This document shows, piece by piece, positions 25,884-38,240 of a DNA stretch of 64,000 bases. A program made the translations under genes and the position numbers. This DNA is from Octopus sinensis (Eukaryota). How positions within the stretch are numbered: the first letter of the stretch is position 1; every line of letters begins with the position of its first letter. The stretch covers positions 66,092,001 through 66,156,000 of the forward strand of contig NC_043008.1 in assembly GCF_006345805.1 (NCBI RefSeq), written 5' to 3'. The notes beneath the pieces are model-generated. The model did no database searches. It had not been told where the DNA came from and saw only the letters and a list, made by a program, of their open reading frames with translations.

Positions 25884-26416
25884 CTTTGAACATAAAAAAT
25901 TAACAGGAATATTTCTCTTTTTCAGTGTATTCTCGTTTCGTATATAAAAAAGAAATTCATCTTAGATGTTTCTAGAAGACACTTACCAGTGGTAGCAGTT
26001 AGTCAACAATTGCACAGCGAATGATATGCCAACCATTCTGATAAACAAATCTACGTGATGATTATAAATTTCAATAACGCAACATTTTAGATTCAGATCT
26101 GGCGGAGTATTTCAACAACTTGTATAACTGCAGTGTAGCAACGAACTGCAGAGGTTTATTGCTGCTGCCATCTAACACACATGCCTTGTGTATGTGTGTG
26201 TGTGTGCGTGCAAGAAATATTTTATTATATTATTATTATATATTATATTATATTATGTATTGTTATTTTATTATATTATTATATAATCTGGCATCATTAT
26301 AATCAAGGTTTGCTGAGAGTTTCGTGCAAATGCACTCGTCAAAAAGTTTAGTAAGTGCGTTTGCACGAAAATTTCGACCTCTAAGTCACTGATGTAGTTT
26401 TTTTGTGTAGACAATC

Positions 26417-26453
<37 letters not shown>

Positions 26454-27053
26454 CTTTTATACTTTAGTTCTTCTACTTGCTTCAGTAATTTGATTGGGGC
26501 CATGCTTGAACACCGACTTCAAGGTTTTTAGTCGAACAAATCGAGATCAGGGGTTAGTTTTTAAAACCTAGTACTTATTCTATCGGTGTCTTCTTGACAA
26601 ACTGCTCAGTTGCAAGGACGTAAACACACCAACACCGGTTATCAAGTGATAATGGAGGGAGGGCAAATACAGACACAAAGACATACGCATATATATATGT
26701 CGGGCTTCTTCCAGTTTCCGTCTACCAAATCCACTCACAAGGCTTTGGTCGGTCCGAGGCTATAGTAGAAGACACTTGCCCAAAGTGCCACACAGTGGGA
26801 CTGAACCCGGAACCATGTGGTTGGGAATATATATAAATATAGTTAAAGGCGGTGCTCCAGCATGGCTGCAGTCAGATGATTGAAAGAAGTAAAAGATTAA
26901 AAGAATATACATATATATATATATATATAGGAGTGGCTGTGCGGTAAGTAGCTTGCTTCCCAACCACATGGTTCCGGGTTCAGTCTCACTGCATGGCATC
27001 TTGGACAAGAGTCTTCTGCTATAGCCCGGACCAACGAAGCCTATATATATATA

Positions 27054-27109
<56 letters not shown>

Positions 27110-27433
27110 AAGACTCCGCCGGTTACGACGACGAGGGTCCCAGCTGATACGATCAACGGAACAGCTGCTCGTGAAATTAACGTGCAAATGGCTGAACATT
27201 CCACAGACACACGTGTACCCTTAACGTAGTTTCGGGGAAAATCAGCGTGACACAGAGAGTGACAAGGCTGACCCTTTGAAAATACAAGTACAACTCATTT
27301 TTGCCAGCTGAGTGGACTGGAGCAACGTGAAATAAAGTGCCTTGCTCAGGGACACAACGCGTCGCCGGGAATCGAACTCACAACCTTACGATCATGAGCC
27401 GAATGCCCTAACCACTAAGCCACGCGCCCTCAC

Positions 27434-27467
<34 letters not shown>

Positions 27468-27473
27468 TCACGC

Positions 27474-27545
<72 letters not shown>

Positions 27546-27770
27546 AGCAATCGTTTCCTGGATTGTTAGCCAGGAATCGAAACTTTAACCTAAGTTTTTC
27601 AGTAAGCTCCTTTCTATTGTTCCCCGCATTGGCACTTAGAAATTTACGAGAGTCAACTGTCAAGCTTAGATTAGACTTATTGTTTCCTTGGAAACATTCG
27701 GCTAAGTTCCATTCAACAGCGATAAACACATTCACTTTCTTTTGTTCTCCGACCTACATTCAATTTTATG

Positions 27771-28184
27771 TGTAAATGCAGAACATTAAATAGAATTTTT
27801 CCGTTTTCGCCTGGCACTCTTGTCGAAGAAATATTTCTCTCTTTTATTCGACATCTTTGTCGAAGGAGTATTTTTCTATTTGCCCTGGCACTTTGCCGAA
27901 AGAACATACCTGTCTCTTTTGTCCCGTACTTTAGCGAGTGAACACGTCTTTCTTTTTTCTGGCATGCTTATCTCTCTTTCCTGCCCGACACTTGGCCAGA
28001 GGAACATGGCTGCTGTTGTTATCACTTTCATTCTCTTCTATAACACAGCCCACTACTAACTACAGCTCCTGTACGCTGTCTCTAACAAGACAAATTGTGA
28101 CGGAGAAAATCACTTAGAAATAACTTTTTTACTCCTGTTCATTCATTGAGGTTCACATATCAGTTACAATTGGTGACACCCGAC
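27771..28184 (+). mobile_element. LTR (TGTAA...TTACA, 27771-28168) followed by a tRNA-Trp-like primer-binding site
   Basis: Terminal TG..CA inverted ends. TGGTGACACCCGAC at 28171-28184 approximates the tRNA-Trp PBS TGGTGACCCCGAC, 2 nt after the CA. Confidence 0.55.
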
Positions 28185-28232
28185 AGTTGAACTTCAATCC
28201 GTATATCTCAACTGAACTGTGATATATCAACA

Positions 28233-28652
28233 GGCGCAGGAGTGGCTGTGTGGTAAGTAGCTTGCTAACCAGCCACATGGTTCCGGGTTCAGTCCCACTG
28301 CGTGGCATCTTGGGCAAGTGTCTTCTGCTATAGCCCCGGGCCAGCCAATGCCTTGTGAGTGGATTTGGAAGACGGAAACTGAAAGAAGCCTGTCGTATAT
28401 ATGTATATATATATATATATATGAGTGTGTGTGTATATGTTTGTGTGTCTGTGTTTGTCCCCCTAGCATTGCTTGACAACCGATGCTGGTGTGTTTACGT
28501 CCTCGTCACTTAGCGGTTCGGCAAAAGAGACCGATGATAGAATAAGTACGGGCTTACAAAGAATAAGTAACGGGGTCGATTTGCTCGACTAAAGGCGGTG
28601 CTCCAGCATGGCCGCAGTCAAATGACTGAAAAAAGTAAAAGAGTAAAAGAGT
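28233..28652 (+). mobile_element. SINE family A (full length)
   Basis: Near-identical to other family A copies. Confidence 0.9.
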
Positions 28653-28778
28653 AATATATTCATAGAAATGGCAAGACAACAAAAGAATGAAAGAGACCTC
28701 GATGTTATGTAAATAGAGGAATTTATCAGTAAATATATGTGACAATTATTCGGTAGCCATGATGAAACTCCGTGGCCG

Positions 28779-28839
28779 GATAACTGAAGAGATGCCGGTG
28801 CGGATTTCCGCCCCGACATCCGAAACTCGGAGTTTTATC
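28779..28839 (+). ncRNA. Type I hammerhead ribozyme motif in an inverted pLTR-like element (28665-28862)
   Basis: GAUAA-CUGAAGA-[GAUG.CGG.GCGGA uu UCCGC.CCG.CAUC]c-GAAAC-UCGGA-GUU|UUAUC. 5-bp stem I, long stem II. Flanked by the inverted duplication gacaattattcggtagccatgat. Confidence 0.8.
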
Positions 28840-28861
28840 ATGGCTACCGAATAATTGTCGC

Positions 28862-28915
<54 letters not shown>

Positions 28916-29025
28916 ACACATATATAAATACATACATACATACATACATCATATATAGATAGATATTATTATATATATTATATATAATATATATATATAT
29001 ATATAACATATAGATAGATAGATAT

Positions 29026-29070
<45 letters not shown>

Positions 29071-29097
29071 GTTGTGTGTGTGGTATTTATGTATGTA

Positions 29098-29610
29098 TTA
29101 CATGGAAAATGCGAGAATGAAAAGTAATATTCTTAAGATTATAAAACCTGAAAAAGTACAGGACAGGTTATTACAACTGGAAGAATACAGGACAAGCTAT
29201 TACTTCTAGTAAAGTAAGAATACGAAACGTTTTACTTAAATATAGCGGTAAAGAATGCCAGATCTTCTAATTTATCACTCTTTACAGTTCTCATCTTTTA
29301 AATTTATTGTACAAAACTGTTCAGCTAATTTGTAAGTTTGTCTAATTAGTCGCTTTTTACTGTATTTAAGACAGTAAATTAGCCAAATTTTACTTAAATA
29401 ACAAGGTGTTATTTGTAAACTGTAATAAACTATTTTTAATATTCAAATTGTAATTTTAGCTGCAATATTTTAAGTAAAAAATTTCTTATTCTTTACTTTA
29501 CTAGAAGTAATAGTTTGTCCTATACTTTTACAGGTGTAATAACTTGTCCTGTACTTTTCCAGGTTTATAATCTTAAGAATATTATTTTCATGCTCACATT
29601 TTTCCATGTA
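29098..29610. mobile_element. Foldback/MITE with long terminal inverted repeats
   Basis: ttacatggaaaa...aatattcttaagattataaa.cctg..aaagtacaggaca is mirrored at 29535-29610. The inversion continues inward (attacttctagtaaagtaa / ttactttactagaagtaat). Confidence 0.8.
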
Positions 29611-30215
29611 ATCCATGATTTTTCCAGGCATTGCTGTTATAAGATAATTAATAATGTATCAATTAATAATTTAAGATTTTATCTTATAATATACTGAAAG
29701 ATAATATTTCACTTTTTCCATTAAAGTGATGATAATATTCCAATTTTTTTCCATGTTTAATTTGAATATATGTTGAGATAGAATTATTTGATATAACCCA
29801 TCCACACCAGATTAATGGCAGGGATTTTTACCATCTTGCTGGTTGCACCGTGTCTCACCAAAAGTTACAAACAAAAAGACCCCAAAACCATCAGTTACCT
29901 GGCTCACCTTAAGTAACCTAGATTTTGAGTTGGTGATAATAGCACTGCTGCTAATCTAGATCTATCAATAATTATTCAATACGACAATAATTACAAAAGC
30001 ATATCAGATACACACAACATCAGTTGTTGGCTGTTTTTCTACTTTCTATTTCGAATATTTCACAACAAGATGCGTTTTCGACATAACAGTTGCTCCCGCA
30101 AAGCAAATTAAATAAAATTTGAGATTTTGCGAAGGGTTACAAAAATAAGGCCGTGAAAGCAAACAGGAAGGGCTGCTAAGCCTACACGAGTACATATATA
30201 AATATATTTAACATA

Positions 30216-30625
30216 GGCGCAGGAGTGGCTGTGTGGTAAGTAGCTTGCTTACCAACCACATGGTTCCGGATTCAGTTCCACTGCGTGGCACCTTGGGCAA
30301 ATGTTTTCTACTATAGCCTCGAGCCGACCAAAGCCTTGTGAGTGGATTTGGTAGACGGAAACTGAAAGAAGCCCGTCGTATATATGTATATATATGTGTG
30401 CGTGTATGTTTGTGTGTCTGTGTCCTAGCATTGCTTGACAACCGATGCTGGTGTGTTTATGCCCCCGTCACTTAGCGGTTCAGCAAAAGAGACCGATAGA
30501 ATAAGTACTGGGCTTACAAAGAATAAGTCTCGGAATCGAGTTGCTCGATTAAAGGCGGTGCTCCAGCATCGCCGCAGTCAAATTACTGAAACAAGTAAAA
30601 GAGTAAAAGAGTAAGAGAGTAAAGA
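30216..30625 (+). mobile_element. SINE family A (full length)
   Basis: Near-identical to other family A copies. Confidence 0.9.
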
Positions 30626-31539
30626 GTATAGATATACACAATGTATATATATATCATAAAAGTGTGTGTGTGTGTGAGAGAGTGAGAGAGAGAGAGAGAG
30701 AGAAAGAGAGATTGATAAAGTGTGTGTGTGTTCACAAATACTGTTGTTTCGAAATAGAATCACAAAACACAAGAATGCTTCATTAGTGTATACATGTGTG
30801 CACGTGCGCACACATGGGTACACTAATGAAGCATTCAAATAAATTCATATCCACATAATTCGTACAATTGAATGCAGCTATCTAAATGTATCATCTTTTG
30901 GATTTTTGTCAAAATAAAATTATAGTTTGCGATTAGTGCAAGTGTACGAAAGAATTTCAGCATGCATATATGAAGGATTCAGTTTCCAAAAAGTGCGTTT
31001 ATATCTTTTATCATTTATCATTTTCCATGTTTCAGTCATTAGACTGCGGCCACGCTGGGGCACCGTGTTGAAGAATTTTTTGTCGAATGAATCCACCCCA
31101 GTACTTATTTTCTTTAAGGCCTGGTACTTATTCTATTGATCTGTTATACTGAAATACTAAGTTACAGGGACGTAAGCACACTAACACCGGTAGTCTAGAG
31201 GCGGTGGGGAACGAACACAGACAAACACACACACGCACACGCACATATGGGCTTTGGTCTGTCCGAAGCTATACTAGAAGACACTTGCTCAAAGTGGGAC
31301 TAACCCTGAGCCATGATGTGACTGGAAGCAATAAACAGCACACCTGCGCCAATATATATATATATATATATAATAAATATTAGGGAATAAATCCAAATTT
31401 ACAGGGAAAAAATCATATTAGGATTAAATCCAATTTTATAGTAAAATATTATATAATTAATTCGAGACAAAACCACTATTGCAAAAAACAAGGAAAGACT
31501 TAATCAATACATAAAATTTTATATAAAATAAATAAACCG

Positions 31540-31582
31540 CCACTACAATGTTTCATGTCTGCAAATGACATTCGTCAGGTGG
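31540..31582 (-). ncRNA. Minimal type I hammerhead motif in a PLE-like 3' end (31372-31600)
   Basis: Reverse strand CCAC-CUGACGA-AUGUC-auuugca-GACAU-GAAAC-AUU-GUA|GUGG. Same family as 36288-36734. Confidence 0.8.
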
Positions 31583-31990
31583 ATTTCCGATCTAAAATAT
31601 CAATATTTTAAAATATAAGTTTAAAATAATAAAATTATCAATGAAAAAATATAAATATATATAATCTATATATAATCTATATACATATATATATGGCTTA
31701 GTGGTTAGGGTGTCAGCATCATGATCGTAAGATTGTGGTTTCGATTCATAGACCGGGTAACGTGTTGTGTTCTCGAGCAAAACACTTCATTTCACGTTGC
31801 TCCAGTCCACTCAGCTGGCAAAAATGAGTAACGCTGCGATGGACTGGCGTCCCGTCCAGCTGGGGAACACATACACCATTGAAACCGGGAAACCACGCCC
31901 ATGAGACTGGCGAGGCTTTAAAAGGGCGCATTTATTTTTTTATATATTATCTATATATATATACAAACATACATACATACATATATATAA

Positions 31991-32030
<40 letters not shown>

Positions 32031-32092
32031 ATATATAATATTATGTGTGTGTGTGTGGTGTGTGTGTGTGTGTGTGGTATACATATCGTACA

Positions 32093-32320
32093 TGGTTGGC
32101 ATCCTTTTTGTCTCGGGAGACAATGGAGTTGCGCATAAAATAGTCTAGTCCGGCTTTTACATTTCATGTCCTGATACATTTCCTGCTGTGACTGTGTAGT
32201 CCTATCCTGAACAAACACTCCCTCTGGCAGGTGCCGCAAATTTAGCGAAGACTGTTCCTGGCTGGTTGTAATGTCATAGTTTCTTGTTGACGTCTTTTCT
32301 TGTCTTTTCATTTCTACATT
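32093..32320 (-). mobile_element. 3' end of an RTE-clade LINE
   Basis: ICGTCQRECLFRIGLHSHSRKC C-terminal zinc finger, followed by the RTE-type 3' UTR ccattgtctcccgagacaaaaaggatgcc. Confidence 0.8.
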
Positions 32321-33029
32321 TCTTCATACATACATACATACATATATATATATATATTATATACATTTTTACGGAATGAACAAGCTTTACATCACAAATC
32401 ACAACAATTGTTTCTGTGCAATGGCAGCAGCTATTGGTTGCTGAGTTTTCCATACTATCATATAAATATTAAATAAATAAATATAAACTCACAGCAGTTG
32501 TACACCCACACATTACCAGGTGAGTGGCTTCGCCAACACTGCTGGATCACGCCCAGCTTCCCATTGGTTTATACCCATATTCTATTTTTAGCGTTCCCTC
32601 GATAAAGAATATTATATAGATTCAAACAGACGTAAGTTATAAAAATACCATATATAGTAATGGAAATAAAAATCAGAAATATTAATTATGAAATAAATAA
32701 ACCAAAATTTGTCAATGGAAATATGAATATAATTTAACCAACCCTAAAATTCGGACTTATTTTTTTCTCCTAAATATGTCTCGCTTTTTGAAAGTAGATG
32801 TTAAGAAATAGACTAGATGCATTCGTTATGTCTTTTGTCAGAGAATGGTTTTATTCAATACCAACTTCTTGTTTTAGAAGTTTCTAAATAAACTCTACAT
32901 ACACTAACGGATTTCCACATGTAATGTATATCCAGGAAAAGAAGTAATCCTGTAAGATGGCATGTGGTAGCTGATAACCGCATTAGAGCTTTGAGAAGCA
33001 CGTTTAGATATTATCCAGATAATATTAAG

Positions 33030-33073
<44 letters not shown>

Positions 33074-33112
33074 GATATGTGTGTGTGCGTGTGTGTGAGA
33101 GTGCATGCGTGA

Positions 33113-33172
<60 letters not shown>

Positions 33173-34324
33173 CCAATGTAGACAAACACACACATACAGA
33201 CGTACATAATACATAGGTGGTACCTTAGCAAGTGTCTTCTACTATAGCTCCCGGCTGACCAAATCCTTGTGGGTGGATTTCCTAGACGGAAAGTGAAAGG
33301 AACTCGTCATATGCGTGTGTGTGTGTGTGTGTGTGTGTGTTGTGTACCCTTGCCTTGACATCATGTGAAAATCGCGTTAAATTTATGATTTTTATTTAGT
33401 AATTAAATATTCAAGATGTCCCCCAAAATGTATACACATATTGAATGATTATAAAATCAGTATCTGTTAAAATTTATTTCATTCTCTACAGACAGAATTT
33501 AATTATTCTATTAAAGCCTGTTTTCAGACTGATGTTATTCTGGCCCAGGCACTTCTCGCGACGCGAAGCAATGGAATTACAAACCTTAAAAAACACTTAT
33601 TTCTGAAGAGATGCTTTGCGGTGTTCGTACTGACTCTTTGCGCCCCGAGTTCTTGAGTAATGAGCTTAACACCACCGCACAGTTTAACATCACCACCTAG
33701 TCTCTGGGTGCTTTTAGCAGAGTTCACTCTGGTTTGTGGCCCCCAGTATAAGAATAGCTTTCCCCATATCCACTTTATTTCACCAATCTTGATAGCCTTT
33801 AAAAAGTGGGTCAAGGATTTTGCTTTTCTTTAATGTATTAAACTGCTAAAAATGGCAATCTTTCTGGGGGTTTCTCACAGAGTATATTAATGACTCTGTT
33901 ATCCTATATGTTCTTCCGCTTTTACAAACGTTGAAAATGCTAAATTGAGGGAGGTTTAGTTGCTATTTCCAGCAGGTGGAGCGAACGTGTAGAGGTTCCC
34001 TTGCTAATACAGGATTCTTCTTGGTAGGTGGTGGTTGAAATAACAAGTTATTTTATTGGTTGTTGGGCTGAGAGCACTTGCTGAAAAATCTGCATTGCTG
34101 GTATGTAAATGAATCATATTGAGTGCAGAGAATTTCGTTTTTTTTTTTGTATATCTACATTACATGATGTATGTGCATGCTCACATATATTATACACATG
34201 AGTGTATATAATGTGTATATACATAAATGGTGTGTTTGTAGAAGCATGAATGATAATCAGTGTAGCGTCAGTTTCTAACATTGCTAGATTTTTTGTAGAT
34301 GAGACTAACTTGCAGTTTTTTATT

Positions 34325-34376
<52 letters not shown>

Positions 34377-34777
34377 ATTTCTCTAAGATCAAATTGAATT
34401 ATGAGATTTCGCTACTTCTCTGCTAATTTTCAGGTAATCTTGTTTATATATCAACGTTTAGTCTATGTAATGCAATTTTTGTTATTCATGCCTATTAGTA
34501 GAACCACTCCGACCGTGATTCTTCTGTTTATTTTTACAAATAGAATATCCAAATATGACGGTGCGTCTTATATTTTTAAGTCGGCAGAATATGGTTTGGG
34601 AGTTACTGGGCTTAGACACAGATCCATCCAAATCTACCACAACTGTGATCTAACACAGAACTACTCTCCTCTTTGTTTTCTGGCATGCTATACATAAGAC
34701 TAGTGACACAGTCGGTGTTAAATGGGTACCGAATATATTGAATCAGCCTATTTTGTTAAATATATATACATATACAT

Positions 34778-34835
<58 letters not shown>

Positions 34836-35145
34836 TTGTTTTGCAAGATTTTTGGATGTCAAATCGTGTGTTGAAACAGATGTTGGATTTAGGAATGGTT
34901 ATTTTGCCACTTTAGCCAATAAAACAAAACAAAAAAGAAAAAAAAAACAAATTACACAAACGTATATAAACAGGAGATACAAATATTACAGGCATTTCAC
35001 ACACACACACACACACTAACTAAACATAGACACACATAAAGGTATACGCATCCGCAAATGAAGACACATGCAATAGGAATACAAAATACAAAATGGCTGA
35101 CCGTTAGTAAGGAGAGACACATAAATAAGAAAGAAGAAAGCAAAG

Positions 35146-35189
35146 GACCACTGACGAGGTCACATGAGTGTGACGAAAGAACTCTAGCC
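35146..35189 (+). ncRNA. Hammerhead motif with a decayed stem I
   Basis: CUGACGA-g-GUCACA-ugag-UGUGAC-GAAAG-AA-CUC. Perfect 6-bp stem II; stem I gacca/uagcc partly mismatched. Confidence 0.6.
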
Positions 35190-35516
35190 GAAATAAGATT
35201 AAGATTAATGTAAAAAATGAATAACGCTGCAGCAAAGTAACACCAAATGCGTGTGTTTTTATTGGCTAAACTGGCAAAATGACCATTCCTAAATACAACA
35301 ATATATATATATATACACGTCCACAGAGTGCATATGCGCACACATCCATACACACACATACACATATGCATATATGTATATACAGGGAGAGAGAGAGAGA
35401 TTGAGATGAATATGGTACTTAAGTTGAGGCACCAGAATTTAGTACGGTATTATCCATACAATTTCAAAGTAAAATGATTAAAATTAAAATAAGCAACAAG
35501 GATATCCAGATTATAT

Positions 35517-35565
<49 letters not shown>

Positions 35566-35579
35566 CACTCACACATAGA

Positions 35580-35613
<34 letters not shown>

Positions 35614-35805
35614 CATACATATGTACGCATATACATACTGAGGCTTTAGTTTCCATCTAAAATCTACTTACAAGGCATTGGTCAGAGCTACGCTGTAGTA
35701 GAAGACTATACATATATCTGCGTATACACACACACACGCGCGCGCACACACACACACTCACACACTCACATCTGCTATTCCAGTAGACACCTGGGTACTG
35801 ATATT

Positions 35806-35843
<38 letters not shown>

Positions 35844-35859
35844 CAAACGACCTTAACAT

Positions 35860-36250
35860 TAGCTTCAAGATTCATCCAAACCTAGGACCACGGGCCATAC
35901 GTCCCCTGCCCAATTCAAGATCACAACATACATGTACACTGCAACATAATTTATTTTCCTCAACAGGTCCTGCCCTATTTAACATTGTCCCGAGGGAGAT
36001 CAAAGAGGAAAAGGATCCATCAACTTTAAACGGAGTCTGGATAGATTCCTTCAAAGAATACCAGATAAGCCACCCATAATTGGATACAACTCACCCAACA
36101 AGAACTCACGACTTGAACAAAACTTGATACAACTCACCCAACAAGAACTCACTACTTGAACAAAACTTGACTTAAACAGGATTCGAATAATCCTATCAGG
36201 TGGTGCTATTAAGTTAGACATGGCCTGGACCAATCTTTGGTCCAAACATA
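35860..36250 (+). mobile_element. 3' end of a CR1-like LINE with a short internal tandem duplication
   Basis: LQHNLFSSTGPALFNIVPREIKEEKDP..FKRSLDRFLQRIPDKPP (one frameshift). Duplicated tacaactcacccaacaagaactcac..cttgaacaaaacttga. Confidence 0.7.
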
Positions 36251-36471
36251 TTTAAGTTATCTAAGTTATATATATATATATATATATAATAAATATTAGG
36301 GAATAAATCCAAATTTACAGGGAAAAATCAGATTTAGGACTGAATCCAATTTTATAGTAAAATATTATATAATATTAATTAGAGACAAAACCACTATTAT
36401 GCAAATCAAACAAAGAAAGACTTAATCCAATACATAAAAAATTTTATATAAATTAAATAAAATTAAATTCG

Positions 36472-36517
36472 CCACTACAATTGTTTCGTGTCTCTTCTAA
36501 GGACATTCATCAGGTGG
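36472..36517 (-). ncRNA. Minimal type I hammerhead motif
   Basis: CCAC-CUGAUGA-a-UGUC-cuuagaaga-GACA-c-GAAAC-AAUU-GUA|GUGG, with palindromic stem III ACAAUUGU. Confidence 0.8.
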
Positions 36518-36589
36518 TATTCAGATCTTCTATTCAATTTTAAGTTATGAAGTAAATTCATAGCTTAAAATTGAATAGAAGATCTGAAA

Positions 36590-36634
36590 CACCTGATGAA
36601 TGTCCTTAGAAGAGACACGAAACAATTGTAGTGG
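36590..36634 (+). ncRNA. Minimal type I hammerhead motif (opposite arm)
   Basis: CAC-CUGAUGA(36593-36599)-aUGUC..GACAc-GAAAC-AAUU-GUA|GUG. Confidence 0.75.
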
Positions 36635-36746
36635 CGAATTTAATTTTATTTAATTTATATAAAATTTTTTATGTATGGATTAAGTCTTTCTTTGTTTGAT
36701 TTGCATAATAGTGGTTTTGTCTCTAATTAATATTAGATATTTATAT

Positions 36747-36828
<82 letters not shown>

Positions 36829-36859
36829 GTATGTATACATATATATATATATACAGATT

Positions 36860-37661
36860 ACAAGGGGGTACTCAAGAGAGACGGAATTTTGAAGTACTCA
36901 GTTCTACATGCTTACACTTTAACCGCCTTCGAAGTATTCCCCATTTGAAGCAACGCATCGGTCCAGATGCGTTTTCCATTGTTCGAAGCAGTCCCGGAAC
37001 TCTTGCGAAGTGTTGCCTTTTAACGCCTCCGTCGTTTGTTTCTTCATCTCTTCCACATCTGCAAATTCCGTAGTACCAGTGATGATCTTCGAAACAAGGT
37101 CCGGATCAACTTCCATCTCTTCCTGCAATTCACAACACGCATTCCATGAGCAAGCAAGGCCCAAATTTTGCGCAACTCTTTTCATTCGCAATTCCTTGCT
37201 CAAAATTCGTTGGCAGGAGCCCCATCACACACCAGTCATATCAACAAGTTCATCAATTGTTCGGTGACGGTCCTCCACGATCAGTTCATGAAATTTCATG
37301 AAGTTTTCATTTGTTCGGGAGGTCGACGGTCGCCCTGAATGGGGTTGGTCTTCAAGCGACAAGTGGCCGTTCTTAAAGCGTGAAAACCACTCATAAACTT
37401 GGCTTTTGTTCACGGCAGCGTCCTTGTAATCTGTTTGAAGCATGACAACTTTTTCGGCTGCCGTTTTCTCCAGTAGAAAACAGAATTTCACAGAAGAACG
37501 TTGTTGCTTCGTTTCAGCTATTGCTAAAAAAATCGACAAACAAGGGAAAAACACTACAAAACAAAGTCGCACCACAAGGAAGTGTGAGTTAACAGGACGC
37601 CGCCGGTAGGCAGACTGATGCCTGAGGATCGTTTCTGGTTACTTTTGGGTACTTCCTTGTA
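36860..37661 (-). mobile_element. Internally deleted mariner element with TIRs
   Basis: QRSSVKFCFLLEKTAAE..VYEWFSRFKNG..LEDQPHSGRPSTS..RTIDEL (mariner HTH) joined to the C-terminal [21 protein letters not shown]. TIRs tacaagggggtactcaa / ttgggtacttccttgta. Confidence 0.9.
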
Positions 37662-37681
37662 AATATATATGTGTATGTATG

Positions 37682-37714
<33 letters not shown>

Positions 37715-38019
37715 ATATATATATGTGTGTGTGTGTTGTGTGTGTATATATGTATGTATGTATGTATATACACACACGCACACACACGCGCGCGCGCACA
37801 CACATATATATACATACACAGATATATACAGATATGCAGGAAGTAAATAGACATCTTTAATTTTCTAAATTTCTGATCTAAGCGTCTTAATATGTTTTCA
37901 GCGGTGTAAAATTTACAATGTAATTATTCTTTTTCATTCCAGGTGCCATTATATTTAACATTTGCGAAGAGTAATCATGCCACGCACAAAAAATTCAGCA
38001 GAACTGTCAGATTTTCAAA

Positions 38020-38240
38020 GAGGTTGTATTGTTGGGCAATCGGAGGCTGAAAATATTCAAATTCCTCTTGCTTGCTGTTAATAGAATTATAGTGCAATTC
38101 AAAAGCCAATGAAAAGAATCAACAGATTCTCGTCCCGGCCGACCTGGGCCCTTGGAAAGGAAGCTTCGTTGTTTGAAGAGAATTGTGGAAAACGAACCCC
38201 GTTCGAAGGCTTCTCACATTGCAAAACCGTTAGAAGTTGC
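38020..38240 (+). mobile_element. Tc1-like transposase N-terminal fragment
   Basis: VNRIIVQFKSQ*KESTDSRPGRPGPLERKLRCLKRIVENEPRSKASHIAK (GRP AT-hook-like motif plus second HTH). Confidence 0.6.

Larger units (their letters stand above)
36288..36734. mobile_element. Inverted pLTR pair (Penelope-like) forming a ~180-bp-arm hairpin, inserted in (TA)n
   Basis: 36370-36551 is complementary to 36557-36734 with loop gtaaa. The left part matches 31372-31590. Confidence 0.85.

Noticed and set aside
27550-27605. Hairpin ttcctgg/ccaggaa followed by gaaac
   Set aside because: No CUGANGA upstream (abuts (GATA)n); cannot be called a ribozyme.
33524-33814. AILILGATNQ resembling an AAA sensor-1 motif
   Set aside because: Stops on both sides and no Walker motifs nearby.
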